Both the position numbers and the translations under genes were made by a program. DNA of 64,000 nt, taken from the NCBI GenBank assembly GCA_030390025.1, contig JASTWF010000033.1, positions 1,056,001-1,120,000 on the forward strand. The letters run 5' to 3'. This document shows positions 36,356 through 46,889 of the stretch, in pieces. The notes beneath the pieces were generated by a model, which saw only the letters and a list, made by a program, of their open reading frames with translations, was not told the DNA's origin and ran no database searches. Source of the stretch: Squalus acanthias. Taxonomy: Eukaryota. Every line of letters starts with the position of its first letter. Position 1 is the first letter of the stretch.

Positions 36356-36409
36356 GCCATGCGAGTTCAATCGGCAGCAGGTTCGTGGGTTCGGACCCCA
36401 AGTTTGGCG
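36356..36409 (+). pseudogene. tRNA-Lys pseudogene lacking the anticodon arm
   Basis: 54 nt versus 73; same flanks as the 50174 and 56991 copies. Confidence 0.75.
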
Positions 36410-36954
36410 AAGGTTATTGTTAAACTTTTTGTTTGTTGCTTTCACGGCAAATCATCATGAATTCACCGGTAATTTTCTTTGGCACAATGAAAGAAATGCT
36501 AACTGAGGGAGAGTCGATACTTCAATCATTTTAATTGTGCTTTGCACGTTAACTGTTACCCAGATCTCCTTTTACACACGGTACTTTAGGAGTCTGGTTT
36601 AAAGTGTTCATTGCTGATGACACCAGGAATCTGGAGCAATATTTGTCAAATTGAACAGCACCGGTTATTTCCACCGTGCTCAGAAAATAGAATCAGCAGT
36701 GAACATGAAATCCCATTGTGCTGACATTCAGATTAAACGCAGACAGCTTTGAAATAAGGTGAAATAATTTTACACTGAAAAGATTTGTAAGTAAGTATTT
36801 GGGCCTTTAAAAAAGTTTGTAGCATCTGATTCCTGTTCATGTCACTTCTTCCTCTGTTGAATAAGAAAGGAGGGGTTTGACGTTGACCAGACTGCACTGC
36901 GCCTGATATTTATGAGCTCATCCTTTATATTGAGCGTTTTCTCGCCCTTTGGTC

Positions 36955-37046
36955 GGTGTCATCTTTAGCTCAGCGGTTACCTCGCAGCACCAACTTAATT
37001 CTAATTTCGACCCCTGTCTCATCGCGGGCGCTGCCTCGCGTGTTTT
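36955..37046 (+). ncRNA. Vault RNA-like gene, degenerate copy
   Basis: CTTTAGCTCAGCGGTTACCTCG ... TTCGA[insert]CGCGGGCGCTGCCT ... T7; B box interrupted. Confidence 0.75.
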
Positions 37047-37170
37047 TTTGTCATTTTCAATCCCCTTATTTTACAATGAAACAAATTGTAGCCGTGATTT
37101 TAATTTAGCAGTGTGAGATTTTTCGAGGACACCTTTAACTGATTCAATAACCTATTCTTATCAGTAAGTG

Positions 37171-37199
37171 TGACCCGTGTTCGATTCCCGGTTAGGGAA
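37171..37199 (+). pseudogene. tRNA-Glu 3' fragment
   Basis: GACCCGTGTTCGATTCCCGGTTAGGGAA versus consensus GGCCCGGGTTCGATTCCCGGTCAGGGAA. Confidence 0.7.
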
Positions 37200-37559
37200 G
37201 TAACTTTGACATCACCGTTTTTAATTAATTAAATCGAATAAATAACATGCAACTAATGTGAAAAAGTTAAGAAATGTTTCAATCACCATTAATTAACTGA
37301 TAACCTTCTTTTGCAGAATGATAAATAATATAATAAGGTGACTGAGGGACAGTCGAAACTTCAGTCATTTATTTTGCTCTTTGCATGTGCTGAACTGTTA
37401 ACCCATATCTCATTTTACACATTGTAATTTAGGAGAATGGATTAAAATGTTCATTGCTTGTAAGAGCAGGGATCTGGGACAACTTTTGTTAAATTTAAAA
37501 GGACCGGCTATTTCACAGAACAAAAATGCTCTGACATAATGTTTTCAGACCACACACTG

Positions 37560-38530
37560 ACCGATCTTTCTTAGGCCCAAAGTGGATGATCTGACACTTG
37601 CCCACGTTGAACTCCATTAATCACAGTTCCGGGGAGATGTAATAGAACTGTTCAAAATTATGGGGGAAACTGTTTCCACTGGCAAGAGGGTCAGTAGGGC
37701 TGTGGGGGAAGAGCAGCGGAGTGGGACTAATTGGATAGCTCTTTCAAAGATGCTGCATCAATTGTTCATTTTAATCTGTGATTGATAGATTTTTTTTAAC
37801 CACAGGTATTAAGGAATAATTCAAGTCTGTGAGACATTTTATAATTGTTTCAATCATCATTAATCAACCAACAACATTGCGTTGCACACTGCAGGAATTG
37901 TTAACAAGTTTACTGGGTGACAGACAAACTGCAATAACTTATTATAGAATCGCAGAATCATACAGCACAGAAGGAGGCCATTGCGCCAATAGTGCCTGTG
38001 CCGGCTCTTTGAAAGAGAGATCCAATTATTTCCACTCCACAGCTCTTTTCTCGAAGCCCAGCAAGTGTTTCTTTTTCAACTTATTTCCCTTTTGAAAGTT
38101 AATATTGAATCTGCTTTCACCACCATGTCAGGCAGAATATATATGTACATCAATATTATCCAAGTCCCATTTCACACAGTGATTTCCCTGCTCTGCATGT
38201 CATGAAATGTTATCCCTTCTCATTTTACAAACTCTATTTTAGGAGTTTGTTTAAAAATGTTCGGTGCTTGTGACATCCACCATTGTTAGAATTAAAAAGA
38301 TTGTAGGTCCTTTCCTTGGAAATCGCTGCCCCAAAGTACTGTTGATGCTCATTCGTTGAGTATATTCCATGCTGAGATCAATGATTTTTCGACTGTAGTG
38401 GAATCAAGGGATATGGGGATAGGCAGGAAAGTGGAGTTCAGGCCCAAGATCAGCCATAACCTGATTGAATGGCGGAGCAGGCTCGGGGGGCCATAAGGCC
38501 GACTCCTGCTTCTAATTCTTTCGTTCATAT
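37560..38530. mobile_element. Mosaic of short CR1 fragments and tails in both orientations (paralog at about 51390-52340)
   Basis: Tail and 3' UTR motifs at about 37945-38135 (-) and 38355-38530 (+). Confidence 0.7.
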
Positions 38531-38770
38531 GTCCTTTCACAGCAGAGCAAACTCGCCCCTGGACATGCATGAGGAGCAAGTTCCAACAAAATGTTTCCGT
38601 GAACGTGATAGCTCCTACACTGCAGAACCGTCTCCACTTTCAGTACCAGGTCAGATGGAAATGTTCAGCGAGCAGGTGAACCGCTGAATCCCACTTTTCA
38701 GGGATGTCCCAAAGCGCTTCACAGTGGCGTGAAAAGAAATCAGTTGCACTTAGTAATTAAATATAGGGAA

Positions 38771-38855
38771 TTTCAGAAGGATGATTCGAACCCACAGCCT
38801 ATCAAATGAAACTGCGACGTGAACGCAGCGCCTTCGACCACTCGGCCATCCTGAC
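38771..38855 (-). pseudogene. tRNA-Leu(CAG)-derived pseudogene (anticodon now CAC)
   Basis: Reverse complement GTCAGGATGGCCGAGTGGTCGAAGGCGCTGCGTTCACGTCGCAG...GTGGGTTCGAATC. Confidence 0.85.
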
Positions 38856-39495
38856 AGCTCCCAAACTACATTGCAAGTTATCACTTCCACATTTAGAAAG
38901 TTTCAGTCCGGATGCTTGTTCGATGCTACTCGAAGGCTCAGTGACCGGGATATCATCTCCCCCGGGGTGTTTCTGAGCCTGTGCTCGGTGTATGGGGAGG
39001 TTTGGCCCGGGTCAGTGGTATCTCGCAGCCCAGGATGGACAATAACCCTCTGAGCTCTGGAGCTGGGGAAGAGCGAGTAATTAACGGGTTTGTTTCCGCG
39101 TCTGAAATGCGGCTTAGATCTGATGATATTAACCGAGGCCGGGGCTGCGAGATGTTGCATTTTGTTTAGGTTTAATCAGAGGAATATCCGCAGTCAGGAG
39201 CTGAAAAGGACTAAGAGCTGAAAAAACACAAGAACATTGATAAGAAATGTAAGCAATTGTGATAAACTCGAAAAGTTTTTTCTGGTAGTTTAGTGTTTTA
39301 ATTGTTTTAATTCATTAACCGATAGAGTTGTTTTTCCAGAATGAAAGAGATGCTCACACTGAGGGAGAGTCGAAACTTCAATAACTTAAATTTAATAATT
39401 TGCGAAACTTTATTCATTGATGAAGTTTTATCACCGATCTGATTTTACACACTGTGTATTAATTTATTTCACAGAAATAATACTCTCGAACATAA

Positions 39496-39569
39496 TGTTT
39501 CCGCCCGGGATCAAGCCGGATGCTTTTTCGAGTGCAAGGCGAACGTGATAACCGCAACACTACGGAAAC
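39496..39569 (-). pseudogene. tRNA-Val-derived pseudogene (anticodon reads TGC)
   Basis: Val acceptor stem and D arm recognisable; T arm mutated. Confidence 0.82.
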
Positions 39570-40024
39570 CATTGGTTCACACTGCCTCCGGAAAGATCTG
39601 TTCAGCGAGAAGGTGAAATGCTGAATCCCAGATTCAGGATTAATTTCCCATCACTAACATTTCTCTGATAGAAACTGCACAAGTCAAAAATGTTCATTTC
39701 AAACTCATTAAAGTCCCGAAATTCCTTCTCCCGAATCTTCTGAATCAGAAGTCTTTGATTTTGTCCACTCAATCTATGTCCCTTTGCAATTTCTGCTCCC
39801 ATCCACACGACTTCCTGCGTAACTAATTAGTGTCGTTAAACTTGGGAATATACGCCTATAGAAGACTCTTGGATTACCTTTTATGTTAGCTGTCATTCTA
39901 TTCTCACACACTCTCTTTTCCCTCTTATTTTCCTTTTCACATCTCAAATGAACTTTCTATATTTAGCCTGATTCTCAGATATATTAGGACAGTTGAAGTC
40001 TCCCATTACCACTGCTCTATAGTT

Positions 40025-41295
40025 CATAGTCATAGAGTCAAAACGGCATAGAAGGAGGCAATTCGGCCCATCGAGTTCGTGCCGGCTCTCTGTAGAGCAA
40101 TCCAGTCAGTCCCATTCCCCCGCTCTATCCCCGCAGCCCTGCATGTTTATTTCCCTCAAGTGCCTATCCAGTCTCCACTTGAAAACATTGAGTGTCTCCG
40201 TTTCCACCACTTCCGTCAGCTGCGAATTCCAGGTCCTCACCAGTCGCTGCGTAATTTTTTTTTTCCTAACCGCCCTCCTGTATCTCTTGCCCAAGAACTT
40301 AAATATGTGTCCCCTAGTCCTTTTAACATCAACTAGTGGGAACATCCTTTCCCCGTTTAGCCTATCGAAACTCATTATAATGTTATACACCTGTATCAGA
40401 TCACCCCTCAACCTCCTTTGTCTTAAAATACTCCTGTGCTGCGCCTTGGGACGTTTTATTATGTCAAAGGCGCTATATAAATGCAAGTTGTTGTGGTTGT
40501 AATGAAAACAAATGCAGCTTCTCCAGCCTGTCCTTGTAACTAAGATCCCCCATCACCGCGACCATTCTGGTAAATCTCCACTGCAACCTCTCAAGGTCCT
40601 TCACATCCTTCCTAAAATGTGATGATCAGATCTGGATGCAGTACTCCAGTTGCGGCCTAACCATAACTTTATAAAGGTTCAGCATCACTTCTCTACTTTT
40701 GTACCCCATACCTCTATTTATGAAGCCCAAGATCCGATATGTTGTGTTAACCACTCCCTCCATATGTCCTGCCACCTTCAAGGACCTATGCACATTAAAT
40801 CCCCGGTTCCTCTTTCCCTGCACACTCTTTAAAACTATGCCATTAAGTGTATATTGCGTCTCACTGTTCCTTCTGCCAAAATGCATCACCTCACACTTCT
40901 CTGTATTAAATTCCATCTGCCACTTGTCTGCCCATTCTGCTAGTCTTTCTCTGTCCTGCTGCAGTCGATTGGTATCATCCTCACTGTTTGTTACACCCCC
41001 AAGTTTGGTGTCGTCGGCAAATTTAGAAATTCTACTCTGTATTACAATATCCAGGTCATTTATAAATATCACAAAAGCAATGGCCCCAGCACTGACCCTT
41101 GGGGATCAACACTGTCTACCATCCTCCAGTGTGAAAAACAGGCATTTACCACAACTCGCTGTTTTCTATCCTTCAGCCAATTCCTTATCCAAGCTGCCAC
41201 TGACCCTGCTATTCCATCAGCCTCAATATTGTAAACCAGCCTTCTATGTGGTACTTTGTCAAACACCTTTCTAAAATCCATGTAGACAACATCCA
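40025..41295 (-). mobile_element. CR1 3' portion containing a short L2/SINE tail insertion at about 40430-40500
   Basis: RT ORFs 40626-41072 and 41069-41302; (ACTCTATG) tail; paralog at 54447-56285. Confidence 0.9.
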
Positions 41296-44160
41296 TTTGC
41301 ATGAATTAGCTGCGCAAATAGATGTAAACAGATATGATATAATTGGGATTACGGAAACATGGATCCAGGGTGACCAAGGCTGGGAATTCAACATCCAGGG
41401 GTATTCAATATTCAGGAAGGACAGACAAAAAGGAAAAGGAGGTGGGGTAGCATTGATGGTTAAAGAGGAGATTAACACAATAGTAAGGAAGGATATTAGC
41501 TCTGATGATGTGGAATCTGTATGCGTAGAGCTGAGAAACACCAAGGGGCAGAAAACGTTAGTGGGAGTTGTATACAGACCCCCAAACAATAATGCTGAGG
41601 TTGGGGATGGCATTAAATGGGAAATGAGAGATACGTACAATAAGGGCACAGCAGTTATCATGAATGACTTTAATCTACATATAGATTGGGCTAATCAAAT
41701 TAGTAACAATACTGTGGAGGAGGAATTCCTAGAGTGTATACGGGATGGTTTCCTGGACCAATATGTCGAGGAACCAACTAGAGATCAGGCCATCTTCGAC
41801 TGGGTATTATGTAATGAGAAAGGATTAATTAGCAATCTTGTTGTGCGAGGCCCTTGGGGAGGAGCGATCATGATATGATAGAATTCTTCATTAAGATGGA
41901 GAGTGAAGTAGTTGACTCAGAGACTGGGGTCCTGAATTTAAATAAAGGAAACTACGATGGTATGAGGCGCGAGTTGGCTCGGGGTGGATTGGGGAGCGTT
42001 ACTTAAAGGGTTGACGGTGAATAGGCAATGGCAAACATTTGAAGATCGCATGGATGAACTACAGAAATTGTTCATCCCTGTTTGGCATAAAAACAAAACA
42101 AAAAAGGTGACTCAAACGTGGCTAACAAGGGAAATTAGGGATAGCATAAGACCCAAGGAGAGGACATATAAATTGGCCAGAAAAAGCAGCAAACCTGAGG
42201 ATTGGGAGCAGTTTAGGATTCAGCAAAGGAGGACAAAGGGATTAATTAAGAGGGGGAAAATAGAATATGAGAGTAAGCTTGAAGGGAACATAAAAACTGA
42301 CTGTAAAATCTTCTATAGATATGTGAAGAGAAAAAGATTGGTGAAGTCAAGCGTAGGTCCCTTGCAGTCAGAATCAGGGCAATGTATAATGGGGAACAAA
42401 GAAATGGCAGACCCATTAAATACTTACTTTGGTTCTGTCTTCAAAAAGGAGGACACAAATAAACTCCCAGAGCTGTATTGGAACATAGGGTCTAATGAGA
42501 GGGTGGAATTGAATGAAATCAGTATTTGTAGGGAAATGGTGTTCGGGAAATTGACAGGATTGAAGGCCGATAAATCCCCAGGGCCTGATAATCTACATCC
42601 TAGGGTACTTAAGGAAGTGGCCTAGAAAAAGTAGATGCATTGCTGCTCATCTTTCAAAATTCTATAGACTCTGGAACAGTTCCCATGGATTGGAGGGTAG
42701 CTAATGTAATCGCACTATTTAAAAAAGGTGGTAGAGAAAAAAACGGGGAATTTTCGACCGGTAAGACTGACATCGGTAGTGGGCAAAATGCTGGAGTCCA
42801 TTATAAAAGATGTAATAGCAGAGCACTTGGAAAACAGTGAGAGGTTCGGACAAAGTCAACATGGATTTACAAAAGGTAAATCATGCTTGACTAATCTACT
42901 GGAATTTTTTGAGGATGTAACTGGTAGAATAGATAAGGGAGAAACAGTGGACGTGGTGTATTTGGACTTTCAGAAGTCTTTCGATAAGGTCCCGCATAAG
43001 AGATTAACGTGCAATGTCAAAGCACAAGGGATTGCAGGTAAGGTACTGACTTGGATAGAGAACTGGTTTGCAGACAGGAAGCAAAGAGTTGGAATAAATG
43101 GGTCTTTATCTGAGTGGCAGGCAGTGACTAGTAGGGAACTGCAGGGATCGGTGCTATGACCCCAGCCATTCACAATATATATTAATGATCTAGACGAGGG
43201 AATTAGATGTAATATTTCTAAGTTTGCAGACGACACAAAGCTTGGTGGGCGTGTGTTCTGTGAGGAAGATGCAGAGAAACTCCAGTATGATTTGGACAGG
43301 TTGGGTGATTGGGCAGATGCATGGCAGATGCAGTATAATGTGGATAAAGGCGAGGTTATCCACTTTGGTGGCAAAAACAGGAAGACAGATTATTATCTGA
43401 ACGGCAATAGATTGGGAAAACGGGAAGTGCAACGAGATCTTGGAGTCCTTCTGCACCAATTGCTGAGGGTAAGCATGCAGGTGCAGCAGGCGATTAAGAA
43501 GGCAAATGGTATGTTGGCCTTCATAACGAGAGGATTCGAGTACAGGAGCAAGGATGTCTTGCTGCAGTTGCACAAGGCCTTGGTGAGACTGCACCTTGAG
43601 TATTGTGTGCAGTTTTGGTTGCCTTATCTGAGGAAGGATGTTCTTGCCATGGAGGGAGTGCAGCGAAGATTTACCAGACTGATACCTGGGATGGCACGAA
43701 TGACGTATGAAGAGAGATTGGGTCGATTAGGCTTATATTCGCTAGAGTTTCGAAGAATGAGAGGGGATCTCATTCAAACTTATAAAATTCTAACAGGACT
43801 AGACAGACTAGATGCAGGAAGGATGTTCCTGATGGCAGGGGAGTCCAGAACCAGAGGTCACAGTCTAAGGATAAGGGGTAAGCCATTTAGGACTGAGAGG
43901 AGGAGGAATTTCTTCACCCAGAGAGTGGTGAACCTGTGGAATTCTCTACCACAGAAGGCAGTTGAGGCCAATTCAATAAATATATTCAAGAAGGTGATAG
44001 TAATATTTCTTTTGGCTAAAGGGATTCAGGGATATGTGGAGAATGCAGGGACAGGGTACTGAATTTGGATGATCAGCCATGATATCATTAAATGGCGATG
44101 CAGGCTCGAGGGGCCGAATAGCCTGCTCCTGCTCCTATCTTCTATGCTTCTATGCTTCTG
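41296..44160 (+). mobile_element. CR1 LINE ORF2 (endonuclease + RT), disrupted, with (CTTCTATG)n tail
   Basis: ORFs 41246-41878, 41984-42625, 42728-43159 and 43253-44062 carry EN and RT motifs. Confidence 0.95.
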
Positions 44161-44218
44161 TGCAGACTTCAGCGAACATCCCCATTTCTGACCTTATTTT
44201 GGAGGGAAGGTCATTGAT

Positions 44219-44657
44219 GGCAACACGGTGGCATAGTGGTTAGCACTGGTGCCCCACAGCGCCAGGGACCCGGGTTCGAATCTGGCCTCGGGCGACTGTC
44301 TGTGTGGAGTTTGCACATTCTCCCCGTGTCTGCGTGGGTTTCCTTCGCGTGCTCCGATTTCCTCCCACAGTCCAAAAATGTGCGGGTTAGGTTGATTTGG
44401 CTATGATAAATTGACCCTTAGTGTTAGAGGGGGATTAAATATGTGGGGTTACGGGGATAGGATGGGATATGTTAGGGGGAATTAAATACGTGGTGTTACG
44501 GGGATAGGGTGGGATATGTGTTGGTGAAGGCTCGATGGGGATTCTGTGTGAGAAAGCAGGGACAGGGTACTGCATTTGGATGATCAGCCATGATCGTATT
44601 GAATGGTGGAGCAGGCTCGACGGGCCGAATGGCCTACTCCTGCTCCGAGTTTCTATG
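44219..44657 (+). mobile_element. Full-length HE1 V-SINE inserted in a minus-strand LINE RT fragment (about 44165-44695)
   Basis: tRNA-derived head (TGGCATAGTGG, GGTTCGAATC), V-domain and CR1-like tail. Confidence 0.92.
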
Positions 44658-44970
44658 AATCAACTGAAGATGGTTGGGCCTCGGACACTGCCCTGTCTAG
44701 AACCCTCGTGATTTTGAACACCTTTATCAGATCTCCTCGCAAACTTCTCTGCTCCAAGGAGAACAACGACAGCTTCTCCAGTCTATCCACGTAAATATAG
44801 AAACATAGATGAAGTCCCTCATCCCCCGAAACATGCTTGTGAAACTTTTCTGCCTTCACATCCTTCCTAAAATGTTGTGCCCAGAATCCTCCACCTGAGG
44901 CAGAACCAATGATGTATAAATGTTTAGCATTACTTCCTTGCTTTTGTACTCTATGACTCTATTAATAAAG

Positions 44971-45190
44971 ATGATTTGGAGATGCCGGTGTTGGACTGGG
45001 GTGGACAAATGTGAGAAGTCGCACAACACCAGGTTATAGTCCAACAGCTTTATTTGAAATCACAAGCTTTCGGAGCGCTGCTCCTTCGTCAGGTGAAGAA
45101 GGTCACCTGACGAAGGAGCAGCGCTCCGAAAGCTTGTGATTTCAAATAAAGCTGTTGGACTATAACCTGGTGTTGTGCGACTTCTCACAT
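44971..45190. mobile_element. Palindromic non-autonomous Penelope element with perfect 88-bp arms and a 13-bp TSD
   Basis: Arms 45009-45096 and 45103-45190, 6-nt loop; TSD TCTATTAATAAAG at 44958-44970 and 45190-45202. Confidence 0.92.
45103..45139 (+). ncRNA. Minimal hammerhead ribozyme motif (mirror copy on the minus strand at 45060-45096)
   Basis: TCAC-CTGACGA-A-GGAGC[AGC]GCTCC-GAAA-GC-TT-GTGA; helix III region is the palindrome AAGCTT. Confidence 0.75.
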
Positions 45191-45711
45191 CTATTAATAA
45201 AGCCAAGGATCCCGTATGCTTTTTAACAGCCTTCTCAACTTGTCCCGCCACCTTCAAAGATAGATCAATCTTTTGTAAATCCAGGTCTCTCTGTTCCTGC
45301 ACACGATTTAAAATTGTACCATTTAGTTTATATCGCCTCAGTTCAATCTTCCGCCCAAAATGGATCACTTCACACTTCTCTGTTAAATTCCATCTGCTAT
45401 TTCTCTGCCCATTTCACCATTCTGTAGATGTCCTCATGAAGTCTGTTACGTTCTGTCTCATTATTTAGTACATTTCTGAGTTTCCTGCCATTTGCAAACT
45501 TTGAAATGATGCCCAGTATTCCCAAGTCCAGGTCATTAATATATATCAAAAAGAGCAGTGATCCTAAAACCGACCCCTGGGGAACACCACTGTATACTTC
45601 CTTCATGTCTGAAAACTAACCGTTCACCCCTATTTACAATTAATACACGTGCACAGCATCGCACTCATTCTATAAACACCCATTTTATATATAAACACCA
45701 CACCCATATAC

Positions 45712-45940
45712 ACAACAACAAAAACAACTTGCATTTATATAGCGCCTTTAAAGTAGTAAATCGTCCCAAGGTGCTTCACAGGAGCGATTATCAGACAGAA
45801 TTTGACACCAAGCCACATAAGGAGATATTAGGAAAGAGGAATGAAAGCTTGATCCACGTGAAAGATTTTAAGCAGCGTCTTAAAGGAGGAAAGAGAGGCG
45901 GAGAGCTTTAGGGAGGAAATTCCAGAGCTTAAGGCCTGGC
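45712..45940 (-). mobile_element. L2-type LINE 3' end
   Basis: (CAA)n-CTTGCATTTATATAGCGCCTTT tail on the + strand. Confidence 0.75.
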
Positions 45941-46314
45941 TCACACACCAACAGTTTATATTTTTACATGGCCTTCTTTGCAGTTCTGAATATTGTTTCC
46001 CGCCGCAAGTTTAATTGATTTTCAGAAGCTGCTCGGCCTGTTGTGTATTTTGAGCAGTTTCCCAGTTTATTTCCCTGTGATGTGATGATTGTGGGGGCTC
46101 GGTGCGTGTCATTGGATTTACTGTAGTCCGCCGGCAGCAGGTGGTGAAAGCGGGCGTGAGACGGTGACTGACAGGTGAGCGCTGCTTCTGATGCTGTCTG
46201 ACACTCGGTGGGAGTGGGCGGGGATTTTAAAGCCCTTTCATTCGTCCAAGGCAGGAGAAATGAAACAGTGTTTGAGGAAGGTGCATATATACAAACATCC
46301 CCGTTTTCACTGTG

Positions 46315-46386
46315 GACCTCGTGTCGCTACGATAGCACGTCTGACTCCAGCTTAGAAAGCTGCGTGTTCAAATCACGGCGGGGTCA
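46315..46386 (+). tRNA. tRNA-Trp(CCA)-derived gene, probably a pseudogene
   Basis: 72-nt match with several substitutions including D-loop GG; TATA-like CATATATAC about 30 nt upstream. Confidence 0.75.
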
Positions 46387-46889
46387 CTGCTCTATTGGAT
46401 AATCCCGGAGTTAATATTTTCTTTGCTGTTTCACAATAATCAGATCCTTGCTCTAAAGTTTGTCTCGCTGTTTCCCCAATGTCAGGGAGAGAAGCGCCTG
46501 ATGCCCTCATGTATTTAATTTTACTAATCACAAATACAGTTATTCGTTCAAAATCAACCTGCAGGTGGCCACACATAGAATAAACAGAGCCAGATAGACA
46601 GACAGAATCGGGAAACACCGGGAAATAGGCAAGAGATATTGAATAGCAGATGTTTCCGAGACCAGAACCTGTCATCATTGATGAAGTACTGGTGCCTGTC
46701 CCAAAAACTATCAACACAGACCTGGATATACTGGGGTTTATAAAGATTGCTTATATTGCCAGCCCACCTGTCCGCTCTCGGCACTTGCTTCTACCCAAAG
46801 CCCTGAATAAAGAAGGTAATGACCTGGGGAGTGGATTACCTGAAGCAACTGAAGATGAGAACTCTGCTTCACAGATTGCTGGAAAGATC

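Larger units (their letters stand above)
44691..45630 (-). mobile_element. Old CR1 RT fragment interrupted by a Penelope palindrome
   Basis: SGVPQGSVLGS...SKFAN; shares diagnostic deletions with 57599-57863. Confidence 0.85.

Noticed and set aside
44219..44295. tRNA gene
   Set aside because: It is the tRNA-derived head of an HE1 SINE, followed by the V-domain.
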